A DNA stretch of 64,000 bases from Diplonema japonicum (GCA_964019335.1 OZ025692.1:434001-498000); one strand, 5' to 3'; shown: positions 38,017-48,854, counted from the stretch's first letter. Notes: a model not told the origin generated them from the sequence alone. A program made the numbers and translations.

Positions 38017-38865
38017 CTACGGTCTCACCATGTGTACGGCGAACAAAACGTTGGCCAGCATGAACATCACAAAGCTCGCGATTTTTTTGTTCGTCCATTG
38101 GATCTGCTCCGCTTTCAGGAGCTCCTTCCTTGTCTGCTCCATTCTCTGCACGGTCTCCGCCGCGTTCCTCTCGATCTCCATCACCGCCACGCTCTGCTTT
38201 TCCACTTGCTGTTGTATAGTAGCTGCTATCGTGTTCACCTTCTCAATCTCCTTCGCCACCTCCTTCAGCGCCAGTGCGTCCGTCTGCAGGGCTGTAACTA
38301 AGACTTGGTTCGCCATTCCAGGAACTTCGCTGTCTTCTATTCTGTTTTCCGGTTCTGTGTTGTGGTTCTGCTTGACAGGTACGGGAACAGATTGTATTGG
38401 ATTTTCTCTTTTTTTAATTTCCGGTTTTTCAATGCTGCGTTCAGCCTTTCGTGCTCTGTTTTCCATCGATGTAGCATAGCCCAGTACTGCCGCAAGGTCG
38501 GCTTGGATGTTGTCTAGTTTTGTTTCGACTATGCGGTGGGCAGCTAGGAGGTGTTCTTTTTCGTCACAGCCGCGGACCCCTTTGCAGAGTTTGGATATTT
38601 CTTTTAGTTGCAGCTCGCAGTGCGTTGCTAGTTTGGTGACGCTTTCCCTTTCGCCTTCTTCTTCTGCACCCAGCAGCACTCCGCTCACTCGCCGAGAGCA
38701 GTATAGTTCCCCCTTCCGCACCACCCCCTGCACTGCAGCATCTACTTCACTGAGTGCCCTGCGTAGCCCTTCATATTGGGGTTTAACGGGTTGAGGGGTT
38801 TTCTTGCCAGCTTTGCTTTTTGCTGTCCATATGGCTGTCAGGTCACCCGTCCGGTCCACGTGCAT
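38017..38865 (-). CDS. Syntaxin-family Qa-SNARE (syntaxin-18/Ufe1-like), ~282 aa
   Basis: N-peptide MHVDRT, helical region, SNARE heptads IQQQVEKQSVAVMEIERN...KELLKA, C-terminal TM IASFVMFMLANVLFAV; subfamily assignment is tentative. Confidence 0.75.
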   Translation of the reverse strand: MHVDRTGDLTAIWTAKSKAGKKTPQPVKPQYEGLRRALSEVDAAVQGVVRKGELYCSRRVSGVLLGAEEEGERESVTKLATHCELQLKEISKLCKGVRGCDEKEHLLAAHRIVETKLDNIQADLAAVLGYATSMENRARKAERSIEKPEIKKRENPIQSVPVPVKQNHNTEPENRIEDSEVPGMANQVLVTALQTDALALKEVAKEIEKVNTIAATIQQQVEKQSVAVMEIERNAAETVQRMEQTRKELLKAEQIQWTNKKIASFVMFMLANVLFAVHMVRP

Positions 38866-38922
38866 CAATATGGGAATCGCTGGGAGAGACCCTTTGGTGA
38901 AGAACGGTAACAACAAAAGAAC

Positions 38923-38984
<62 letters not shown>

Positions 38985-39050
38985 ATAACACAGAACCTCC
39001 TCTGGAAAGAAGGGGGGGGTGACGACTTTTTTTTTTTTTTTTTTCCCAAC

Positions 39051-39446
39051 TCAAATATGTCTTGTCGGGCACGATCTGTACCGTGAAGCGGCGGGTTTTG
39101 TGCCTTTTGTGGAGATTTCCCGTAGACATTGGAGGTTCGGGGGTGCGACCTCTGAGGAGGTAGACGTATACCGTACTTGCCAGTTCTTCCTGTTTGACTC
39201 TGTTGTGCAGTCTAGGATGTATGAGTCACGTAGAGCCGTGTTGCCCATTGTGCGGTAGCGTGATCTGTCGAAGGTGTCCTTAGCGCCCCACACTGCGTCA
39301 AGGGTTCTCCGTGGGCTGTCGAGGATCTTCCCGTTGAGAAGGACATCTTTTCTCTCCCCGGGTTCTGTGACGGCCCATGAGTTGTTGGCCTTCGAGATGC
39401 TGCATTGCAGTGAAGGAAGTTTCTTGCCTCCTGGTTTCTTCTTCAT
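39051..39446 (-). CDS. Hypothetical basic protein (~131 aa)
   Basis: Complex-sequence island between homopolymer spacers, open on the gene strand from MKKKPGG; no recognised domain. Confidence 0.5.
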   Translation of the reverse strand: MKKKPGGKKLPSLQCSISKANNSWAVTEPGERKDVLLNGKILDSPRRTLDAVWGAKDTFDRSRYRTMGNTALRDSYILDCTTESNRKNWQVRYTSTSSEVAPPNLQCLREISTKGTKPAASRYRSCPTRHI

Positions 39447-39995
39447 TGTAGTCCCCCTTTCTATAAATGGTATATTTTTTTTTTCTTTTTGTTTTTTTTT
39501 TTTTTTGAAGGGAAAAAAAAAACACATAAAAGTGCGGTAGTGAGGGTGGGGGGGAAAAAAAAATCATTTGTTTCTCAAAGTAAAAGACAACCTACGTATG
39601 GGTAGCTTTAAAAAGAAAAGAGGGGGGGGGGGGGAGGAGAAATCAGAGCTACCCCACATTTTTTTTAACCCGGCAGGGAGGCCAATAGGATGGCACTCGA
39701 AAGTCTTTTTTTTTTAAAAAAAAGATTTCGCATAGTACTGGTAGGCCGGCACAGACTTCTCTCTTTTTTTTTTTTTTTTTTTAACTCTTGAGAATCATTA
39801 GCAACTAATTTGAAATGACCAAGGGTGGGTGGTCGCACTTTATAACATTAGAAATAAGATTTTCAAGAGCAGACATGATGTCAAGTATTTGGTCGTTCTT
39901 CAACTGCTGGTGCTAAAAAATAATAAATAAAAATAAAAATGGGGCTTTGATTGCAACACTAGGTGGCGTTAAGCGTGCAATGAAGCATGAACTAC

Positions 39996-40226
39996 CTACT
40001 TGATTACAGGGGGCGCTCCTCGGCCGAGTTGTGGCTTCTTCTGCGTTCCGCGTCGTGTCCTTAATGCGTGCGGTGTGCTCAACCCTAGCCGGGGCGTCCC
40101 GGGTAACCAAGATTCTGCGCTCGTGCAGTTTGCTGCCTGTTCGTCACCCTGAGCATCTGCGTTACGTTCTTCCACTTGGGCACTACCGGTGATGACCGAC
40201 GAGGAGGTCAACAGCGAACAACACAT
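39996..40226 (-). CDS. Possible small ORF or orphan exon (76 aa)
   Basis: GC-rich island with CATCAG|ATG at its 5' edge; no recognisable motif. Confidence 0.22.
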   Translation of the reverse strand: MCCSLLTSSSVITGSAQVEERNADAQGDEQAANCTSAESWLPGTPRLGLSTPHALRTRRGTQKKPQLGRGAPPVIK

Positions 40227-41133
40227 CTGATGTACTTCTTATATTTTCATGTTATCCCCACCACCCTAAAAATAAAATAAAAAAAAACGAAACAACATCA
40301 CCTTAAGACTTCACATAATTGTTCTAATTCCCCAAGCCCGCCAAGAGCAAAAAAAAAAAAAAAAAAGAAAGAAAGAAAACAGCTGAAATTCGAGCATTTT
40401 TTTTTGTGGGAGGGGGGTTTGAACAGTGTTGTCTTGCCATTTTAGTTTTCTTGGTTCGGCTTTTTGTTTGCGGTGTTTATGTCAAGAAAAAAAACCCCCC
40501 TTCCAAGAAGAGAAAAAAGAAAAAGAAAAAAAACCAACCCTCAAAAAAGGCCTTCCCCTGCCTGGTTAAGATGGGGGTGGAAAGAGGAAATGCTATTTTT
40601 TACCATTCAAGCAGGAGAAAAGAAAAAGAAAAAAGAACGAACGAAAAAAGAGGAACTGGCGGTTGTTTGCGCGTGCCAGGAGGTTCTCAAGAAATCTGGA
40701 GAAAAGTTTATTACAGCCAAACACGTTGCCTACATTCTTCTTCTTCTTCTTCTTTTTTTTAAAGACAAGTCAAAAGACTTTCTTGCAAAAAAAGGGGGGT
40801 AAATTAACAGCACGAACCCATAAGTCTTCAAAGATCCAGCTGTTACAGATATGCAAAAGGTGGCTGGGCCACGTTTGGAGACAGCTGCTAAGTCCTCTTT
40901 TTTTTTTTTTTTTTTTTCCCTTCCAGTTTTTTTTATAGCATTCCCCCTCCCTCCCCGGAAAGATGAAGGAAAAAACAAAACTTTTTTTTGCAAGGGGGGG
41001 TTATTTTTTTGAAAACAACAAGAAGAATAAAAAAGAAGAGAAAAAAAAAAGAAAAGAAAAGAAAATTGTCTTTTTTCCATCTGGTAGGTCATGCAACCAG
41101 TGGAATGAAGAAGAGCGTGGTGCTATGACACGG

Positions 41134-41333
41134 NNNNNNNNNNNNNNNNNNNNNNNNNNNNNNNNNNNNNNNNNNNNNNNNNNNNNNNNNNNNNNNNNNN
41201 NNNNNNNNNNNNNNNNNNNNNNNNNNNNNNNNNNNNNNNNNNNNNNNNNNNNNNNNNNNNNNNNNNNNNNNNNNNNNNNNNNNNNNNNNNNNNNNNNNNN
41301 NNNNNNNNNNNNNNNNNNNNNNNNNNNNNNNNN
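41134..41333. other. Assembly gap (200 N)
   Basis: Run of N. Confidence 1.
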
Positions 41334-41900
41334 TTTTTTTTTTTTTTTTTTTTTTTTTGACAATAGAGTGAGGTAGGTCAAAGAACATAAAATAAGAAAG
41401 TATTTACAGCAGTTGCTTATCCCCTTCGCCAAGTTACAATTAATCACTAAACTCTCATTGGGGGATCAGTGAAAGATGGAAGCATTAAAAAAAAGGGGGG
41501 GAGGCGATTCCTTCTTTTTTTTTAATTTTAATGAGACAAAGGAAGAACAGTACAGTATCACTTTTGGTGTCACTTTTTCCTCTCTTTTTTTTTTTTGACC
41601 CCCCTTTTCATGTTGCCAGTTCTGAAGGCTAAATTTACTTTTTTAACCCTAAACGCCCGGAGTCTATCTACGGTACCCCCCCCCCCCCCCCCCCCCCATT
41701 TTCATGCAGCATGCAACCATAGGAAGATACAAAGAAAGGGTAAATGGTACTAAAATTTTCAATTCCAGGTGCCAGAATTAAATGAGAATAAACTATGCAT
41801 GGCGGACATTTCCCTGCTCTTCTTTCAGATTATGGAGGTGTTGATGTTTTCTAGGTTGTCAAAAGTGAAGTGGCGCTGTATGTCAACGTATCGGTCTGCT

Positions 41901-41939
<39 letters not shown>

Positions 41940-42097
41940 AAAGCCGAGATCCTTGAGGGTTGTTGTGCTTCGCAATTATTGCAAAAGCCAGCACAGGGTA
42001 CAGGGGAGTGGTGAGTGTTTAGGATCGTGAACCGCAGGAGCAGAAATTACTTTGGTGAATATTGGGCTCGAGATGAAATGGGGTGGGGTGGGGGGTA

Positions 42098-42537
42098 GGG
42101 GGGGTCATATGGTCCTTAAAAAGGGCCACTTTTTGCCCTTTTTCAGGCTCTTCGCCAAGGGCATTTTGGGCCCTTAAAAAAACTGTAACCACCCCAAAAG
42201 TGCCCACAAATCACCCAAACCCCCGTTTCCCGATGGTTTCCGGCCCCAGAAGTGCCCAGAATCATGTTCTAATTTTGGGGCCCCCGTTTGGTACTTTCCC
42301 TATGTAATCCTAGGGGCCCCTATTTTATGTTCCCTAGGATTACATAGGGAAAGTACCAAACGGGGGCCCCAAAATTAGAACATGATTCTGGGCACTTCTG
42401 GGGCCGGAAACCATCGGGAAACGGGGGTTTGGGTGATTTGTGGGCACTTTTGGGGTTTACAGTTTTTTTAAGGGCCCAAAATGCCCTTGGCGAAGAGCCT
42501 GAAAAAGGGCAAATAACGACCCCCTTATGACCCCCCC
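42098..42537. mobile_element. Foldback/MITE element A (440 bp), TA-flanked
   Basis: Termini TA-GGGGGGGTCATA...TATGACCCCCCC-TA; ~180-bp arms (42132-42315 vs 42332-42513) are near-perfect reverse complements with one 2-bp indel; ~16-nt loop; no ORF. Confidence 0.85.
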
Positions 42538-42539
42538 TA

Positions 42540-42697
42540 GGGCTATGCTGGCAGGAAACGTGGAAACGTTTCCGTTTCCATACTTTTCAAAATTCTTATG
42601 GAAACGCGTTTCCTTCTTAAGGAAACATAAGGAAACGTTTCCGTTTCCCTTTTTTTCAAAAAATGCATGGAAACGCGTTTCCATGCCAGCATAGCCC
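42540..42697. mobile_element. MITE element B (158 bp), TA-flanked
   Basis: 14-bp TIR GGGCTATGCTGGCA / TGCCAGCATAGCCC with TA on both sides; interior built from GGAAAC/GTTTCC repeats and palindromes. Confidence 0.8.
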
Positions 42698-44821
42698 TAG
42701 GGGGGGGGGGGGGGGGGACAAGGCATGTTTGTGTGGAACAACTCACATACATTTTCCCTGTCCTTATCATTCAATCCCCCACTCTTTTTTTTATATTTTT
42801 TTTATTTTTTTTTCCTTTGAGAATGCAGCTCACCAGCGATGCGAGAGAAAAAATTCTCATCCCCCCCCCCCATTTAATAGACAGGTAGAAGCCAAAGGAC
42901 AAACGTAGGGGGGGAAGTAAACACATCAAAAATTCAACCTTTTTTTTGGGGGGAGGGGTGTAATATTATTATTGGAAGTAGGGTTTTGTTGTTAAAATAG
43001 CACTCCCCCCCACACCCCACAACACGGAAGAAGAAATAATTGGTTTTGCTCCTCTCTCCTTTTTTTTACCCCCCTTTTTTTTTCTCTCTCTCTCTTCCCT
43101 CACTCGGCGAGACGCAACGGCGACCGGGCCTTTACAACGAAAGAGAAAAAAAAAACAAAAGGAAGAAAAAAAAAAAAAAAAGTAAACAGCAAATATCTTG
43201 GGTGAGAAAAGGTATGGATTACACCAAAATAACAGCAAAGAAAGTAACGTGGAATGCCTATAAGAAGTAGTGAATTATGCGAATATGCGTTTATATACAA
43301 ATTCCTTCTGAAATCCAAAAGAAAAAAAAAACCCCGAAAAGTTCTTCTTTTTTTTTTTCTTTCTTTTTTTTTTTTCAAATCATATGCAATTGTAAGATCC
43401 AACAATGGGGATTTGTTACAGGAGAAAGAAGGAAAAAAAAAAAAAAAAAAAAAAAAAAAAACGAAGGTATTTCCCCGCCAAAGGGTGTTTTGTGTGCTAG
43501 GTGTGGTCTACCTAGTGCGGGGAGAAAAGAAAAAAATGGAATGAAAGAAAGAAGGGTGAGGTGAATAACAAGAACGGAAGGGGTGAATAAAGGGGGGGGG
43601 GGGGGGGGGGGGTTTGACCAGCTCTTCTGCTTCGGTCGATTAAAAAAAAGGGAAAAGAAGAATTGCGAGGCTTTCTTTAAAGATTTGCAGTGCGAAATGA
43701 AGAGAAAAAAAAGAAGAACTTTCTTCAAAGGTATGTGGTGTTTTTTTTCTTGGGGGGGGGAAAGATGGAGCTTTAATGAGAATTCGGGGCGCCAGAAGAA
43801 GAAGAAAAAAATCTTTTTTTTTTATTAAAAATCCCTTCCGTTTCTTTTTCCTCCCTTTAAAGTTCAAACAGATAGGTAAAACAAAAAAAACAAAAAAAAA
43901 CACAAAAAAAAAAGGGGAAACAAAAAGGGAGGCAGAGATGCGCTGCCAGTTGTTGGCATCATGCACAAGAAGCAAACTAACGAGGGAACTTTAAGGGAAG
44001 GGGGTGTGCGAAGAACACTAACATCAGGCTTGAGGGGGGAGGGGGAGAAAAGAAGTTTTTTTTTTCTCTTTTTGTTTTGCTTAATGCGACGATTTATAAT
44101 GAGCCACTATAAGTTCCTGTTGGTGTTTCAAAATACGGCCCTAAATAAACCAAAAATCTGTCACTACTCTTTGTCAAAAAATCGGGTATTTGATTTCTTT
44201 TTTTCTTTCCGATGAGAAAAAAAAAAAAAAAATAGTAGCACCTAACGTCTTAATGTACCCCCCAAAAAAGCGTATTTTTTGTGGGGGGGGGATCACATAC
44301 AACCCTCTATAACTTTTTTGCGCTTCCAGTGATAGAATTTTTGGAAAGATAAGGCCATCAAGGAAATAAATAAATAAAAGAAAAAATGCAAGTAATAATA
44401 TTAAAAAAAAAAAGAAGAATGATAAGACGGGTAGCACAGCGTGGGAAAACTTGATTTTTTTTGTCCCCCCCCCAGCCCCGTCTTAGCTTTGCATTCCTTT
44501 CCCGGGGAAGAGAGAAAAAAAAATAATAAAAATAAAAGAGGGAGGGGAGAAAAAAAAAAGGTTTGACTTGAATTCCGTAAAACCCGTTTTTTTTTTTTCC
44601 CATTAACTTTTGTAGCACCATCCCTCCCCCATTTTTTTGTAAAGCATAAAAAAAAGGAAGGGGGGGGGGGGTGGGGAGAAAAAAAATCTCGTGGGTGGTG
44701 GTATTTTTTTTTTTTGTGGTTAAAAAAAAAAAAGCAAATAAATAGTGGTCAAAAAAAAAAGGAGAAATCTCTCTCTTGGCCGATGTGATTAAATAATAAT
44801 AAATAGAAAAGTGGCCATGGG

Positions 44822-44853
<32 letters not shown>

Positions 44854-44880
44854 CTTTTCCCGTTCTTCTCATCTTTTAAT

Positions 44881-45882
44881 TCACGCAGCTTTACGTTCTA
44901 ACTTGGCGCCATAGCGCTGTTCGACCTTGCCCACCTCATCTGGAAGGCGCACACGAAGATTTCGCATCTTGCCAGAAGCACACATGACGTCTGACCCGTC
45001 CAGCGCTTGGCAGGCGTGGTCAGCATCCACGGTGTTAGCAAACCTAATGAAGGCTACCCCATCAGAGTGCTTACGGGAATCGAGCACCTTCCCCGAACGG
45101 ATTTCCCCATACTCGCGGCACAGGGACAGGAGGTCATCCACATTGAGTTCTTTGCCGAACCCGCCAATGTAAACAGTGTTGGACTTGCGGTGCTCTGACG
45201 ACCGCCTTCCATAGTTCATGACCACCGCAGCGGGGCTGGGATCGTCGGAAGTGGGGGTCGGGATGAGCTGACCAGACTGCAGCAGTGCTTTCTTCGGTCC
45301 ATCTGCCTCCGTGAACTCCACAAATCCGAACCCCCTGCTCCGCCCTGTCTCCTTGTCCATCACCACATGCACACGAGACACCACTCCGAACTCGGAGAAC
45401 AAAAGCTTCAAACCGCCTTCATCCATCCCAAGCGGAAGGTTAGTAACTATCAGGTTCCTGCCGTCCACCCATGCCCCGGGGCGGACTACGTACGGTGCCT
45501 TCTTGTCCTTCACCTCGTTGTCGATTGTCGGGACTGTGGAGTTCGCCACCGCAACTGGAACAGCTGACACTGGTACAGGTGCAGCCGTGGAGACCAGTCC
45601 ACTGATGTTGGCATTGGTGAGGCCCCTATACATTGCCTGTTGTTGGATCGTCGCCTGTTGTTGGATGGTAGCTTGCTGCTGCATTGTGGCCTGGTTGATT
45701 TGGTTCAACTGCAGGTTCGGGAACGGTGCCTGCAGCCCGCCGCTCATCACGGGCACGTACGTCACGGGCATCAACTGCGGCTGCTGCATCATCATCAGAG
45801 GGAACTGCGCACCGTTGCTAAGCCCGCTGTTGAGGCTGTTGCTCAGGTCGCTGTTCACACCAATCTGTCCGGCGGGAAGCAT
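44881..45882 (-). CDS. RNA-binding protein with two RRMs and a Q/M/N-rich low-complexity N-terminus, 333 aa
   Basis: RRM1 has RNP2 LIVTNL and RNP1 RGFGFVEF; RRM2 has VYIGGF and DGVAFIRF; three ATxQQQ repeats. Confidence 0.9.
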   Translation of the reverse strand: MLPAGQIGVNSDLSNSLNSGLSNGAQFPLMMMQQPQLMPVTYVPVMSGGLQAPFPNLQLNQINQATMQQQATIQQQATIQQQAMYRGLTNANISGLVSTAAPVPVSAVPVAVANSTVPTIDNEVKDKKAPYVVRPGAWVDGRNLIVTNLPLGMDEGGLKLLFSEFGVVSRVHVVMDKETGRSRGFGFVEFTEADGPKKALLQSGQLIPTPTSDDPSPAAVVMNYGRRSSEHRKSNTVYIGGFGKELNVDDLLSLCREYGEIRSGKVLDSRKHSDGVAFIRFANTVDADHACQALDGSDVMCASGKMRNLRVRLPDEVGKVEQRYGAKLERKAA

Positions 45883-45979
45883 TCTTTTTTTTTTTTTTTC
45901 TTTTTTTTTCCTCCGTTTCTTCCTCTCTGTAATGCTTACAAAAAAAGGAGGCTTGCTGTGGGGTCATATTATTATCACA

Positions 45980-46870
45980 CTAAGCTAGGCAGTCTTTGTG
46001 AAGCGCTATCTTATCACGGAAGTAAGCAATGCACGCAGCGACGTCCGACTGGTTGTCCTTGGGCGGCTGGAAGACCTTCTGGAGGGAGGGGAAGGAGATG
46101 GTGGGCGGGGGCGGAGAGGCGGGGTAGGCGGGGGGTGCTGCCACAACAAAGAACAACGTCCCGTCCATGAAGGTCAAGGTGTTGTGGTCGTTCCCACAGG
46201 GCTCCCCGAAGGCAGCCACACAGGCAGAGAAAAATGTACTTTGCGTGACTGGCGGGCGGGCGAGAATCTCCTTTCGTTTTGCAAGATAAGCGTCAGTTTC
46301 TTGCACCACCCTGACCCACGACAGGGGGCTAGCGTCGACTGCTGCACCACGCAGCTCCCTCCCGCCATACAGGTTGTACAGCCCATCAGGGCCCTTCAGC
46401 TCTGCTTGGCAGTAACTGTGGCTGAATCGGCTTACTTTTATAAAAGACACCTGAGGCCCTTCCTCCAGTTTGATGACCACTTCCACGGACCCTGTTTGCA
46501 TGTTGTGGCTCACCCTGAACTCGTAGCCAGCCAGCACCTCTGCAAGGACCGCGCCGCACTTCTTATCAGCCATCGCGTACATGTGTTCTCGGTACCGCCG
46601 CACGACGTAGCCCAGAACGGATTCCAGTTCGTTTCTATTTTTTCGCAGCCCGCTTGTGTCCAACCACTTCCCTATGTTAAGGGGTTCTGTCACAACCACG
46701 TCGAGCAAGCCGCCCATTTCTAAATTGTACACAACTTCGAACTTAACAGGTGGTGAGATGTCCTTCGACTCCACCACCAACCTGTCCCACTCACTACCGT
46801 TATGCGACACCTTTTGCGAGACAGAGTACGGTCTGTACTGGGGAGACGCTTGAGGGGATGCTTCAGACAT
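45980..46870 (-). CDS. Hypothetical protein, possibly a divergent BRE/BABAM2 (tandem UEV/RWD-like) homolog, 296 aa
   Basis: Segments DRLVV...VKFEVVYN, FFSACVAAFG, FFVVAAPPAYP..PPTISFPS and CIAYFRDKI parallel recalled BRE motifs; not verified by search. Confidence 0.6.
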   Translation of the reverse strand: MSEASPQASPQYRPYSVSQKVSHNGSEWDRLVVESKDISPPVKFEVVYNLEMGGLLDVVVTEPLNIGKWLDTSGLRKNRNELESVLGYVVRRYREHMYAMADKKCGAVLAEVLAGYEFRVSHNMQTGSVEVVIKLEEGPQVSFIKVSRFSHSYCQAELKGPDGLYNLYGGRELRGAAVDASPLSWVRVVQETDAYLAKRKEILARPPVTQSTFFSACVAAFGEPCGNDHNTLTFMDGTLFFVVAAPPAYPASPPPPTISFPSLQKVFQPPKDNQSDVAACIAYFRDKIALHKDCLA

Positions 46871-47021
46871 TGGTGGGTGCTTTTTTTTTTTTTGTGTTGT
46901 GTTGTGTATGGGGCACTTTTAGAAACATGAATTTCGTCCGGATATATTAAAATGCCAACACTTTTTCTGAGCAAAAAAAAGGGGGGGGGGGCAGCATGCA
47001 ACCATAGGTACCTGTTGCCGT

Positions 47022-47066
<45 letters not shown>

Positions 47067-47674
47067 CAATTGCGAAGCTTGTTTGCCATGAGGGTGGCAG
47101 GCTTTGCAGCGGAAGCGGGGAAAAAAAGGGTCCAAAAAATGGCATAAAAATAATACGTGTGGCCCCTCCCAAAAGATGTCAAGTATTCCACACACACCAC
47201 TTTCCACCCCGTTGGCAGCATGTGGTTTGCACACGCATTTTAAAAATAAAACAAATGGCGCGCATTGTGACCTACATGGTGTCCAAGCTTAGTCGGCCAG
47301 TCTGCACACAAAGTGGTGGTATCTAAAGGATCATTGTTGACATTTCTTTTTCCGGGCGAACTCATTTAACTATTTTTACGTGGATAATTATAAAAAAAGA
47401 AGGGGGTGAATGAATAGACAGATGTGCGTAGTTTTAACTCGGGGGGGGGATAAAAATAAAAGTGCTTATAAAGCAGTGTGTTTTGCTTGGTTTTTTTTTT
47501 TTCATTTTTTTTTATTACAACAGGTGAAGGAGAGGTTTTCTTTTTGTTGGTTTCTTTTTTTTTTTTTTTTTTTTTTAAAGAAGAAGAAAATCAGACATTG
47601 GTAACCGAAATGGGTACTACGTGAAAAGATTTCCCTTTTTTTTTTTTTTTCTTTTATCTTCTTTTTTTATTATT

Positions 47675-48346
47675 TTATTTCACTCTTCAGAAATTACTTC
47701 ACGCACTGGGGGGCCCTTACTTCACGCTAAATCTCATTACTTCACGGTGAAATAATGGCCTGTTTTCCGTGAAGTAATAGGGGGGTTTCCGTTAAATAAT
47801 ATGCCTCGGTAGGCCAATTTTTGGCTCGGTTCGGTTCCCAGTGGGGCTACTTTTTCCTCTCAGTTTGCTATTTCCCCCCAGGTTCAGCTCAATTGGCCAA
47901 CTTTTGCCTCGGCTCAGTTCCAAGTTGGACTACTTTTTCCTCCCAATTTGCCCACTTTTGGCTAGGCCTTGTTCCCAGTTTCTGTGGGTAACTCTTCTGT
48001 GGGTAAGGGTAACTTAGTCAGCTTACCCAAGCACCCCAAAAGACTTCAAAATACCGAAGCAGCAGAAAAAAAGGAGCCAGCGGCCGCGCTAGGTATGGGA
48101 AGGCCTGATTAGAGATGGTGACAGTGGCAATGCCAGCGACAGCGGCAGCTCTTAGTCAACAAAAGGAGGAAAAACAACTTGTATTGTAACCTTTGTAACC
48201 CCTCTCTTGTTGTACCCCTTGTCACCCTGTTGTGCCCCTCGTGGTGAAGTAATTTCAGAGTGTCGTGAAATAAAACCACTTACCTACCGCCAAGTAATGC
48301 TTTACCGACCTCGAGGTAACGGTAAAGTCATTACTTGTAAATAGCT
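47675..48346 (+). mobile_element. Non-autonomous element with asymmetric inverted repeats and 3' hairpin, copy 1 (Helentron/HINE-like or Crypton-like)
   Basis: Starts TTATTTCACTCTTC; inverted counterpart at 48244-48273; long hairpin at 48291-48337; ends TAAATAGCT; internal ~83-bp imperfect tandem repeat (47812/47895). Confidence 0.6.
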
Positions 48347-48347
48347 A

Positions 48348-48854
48348 TTATTTCACTCTTCGTCATTTTCTTCACTCACTAGGGGCCTCATAATTTAACG
48401 CGAAACGGCCATAATTTAACTAGTTAAATTATGAGATTTTCGAGTTAAATTATGGGGCTTCAGAGTGAAAAAATGGGTCTTGTCGTGGAAATAAATGTAC
48501 CCAACCCCTTGAAAAATCTTTTTGGGGACGGGGTATTTTGACTATTTTTGGCCATCTGAGGCCATTCCAGCCCTTAAAAGTGGGAATAAGTGCTTTACTT
48601 CCCCTTTAAATGCCACGGCGAAATAGCAACCCCATATTACCTTAGGAAAATCCCCAAAAAGGCTGACCTGCGTGAAAAAAAACAGCAGTGAAATCAGTGA
48701 AGAGTGAGTGACTCAAATGACGAAGAGTGAAATAAAACGACTTACTTGCCGCCAAATGAGCCATTATTTAACACTCGTTACTGTTTTTTTGCACGAGGGC
48801 CCGCAGGGAACTCGAGTTAAATAATGACTCATAATTTGTTGACAATAAATAGCT
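48348..48854 (+). mobile_element. Related asymmetric-IR element, copy 2, head-to-tail with copy 1
   Basis: Perfect 21-bp IR TTATTTCACTCTTCGTCATTT (48348-48368 / 48715-48735), then a hairpin at 48758-48830 and the same TAAATAGCT end. Confidence 0.65.

Noticed and set aside
32744-40236. Shared 13-mer CATCTGATGTACT at ~32744 and ~40224
   Set aside because: A 13-bp match is expected by chance in 64 kb.
42457-42908. ORFs with repeated METRF peptides
   Set aside because: An artefact of the GGAAACGCGTTTCC palindromes in MITE B; not a transposase.
47694-48454. Regularly spaced short repeats resembling a CRISPR array or dif/Xer sites
   Set aside because: The repeats are only 10-11 bp, few and partly inverted, with no cas or recombinase gene; element sub-terminal motifs explain them better.
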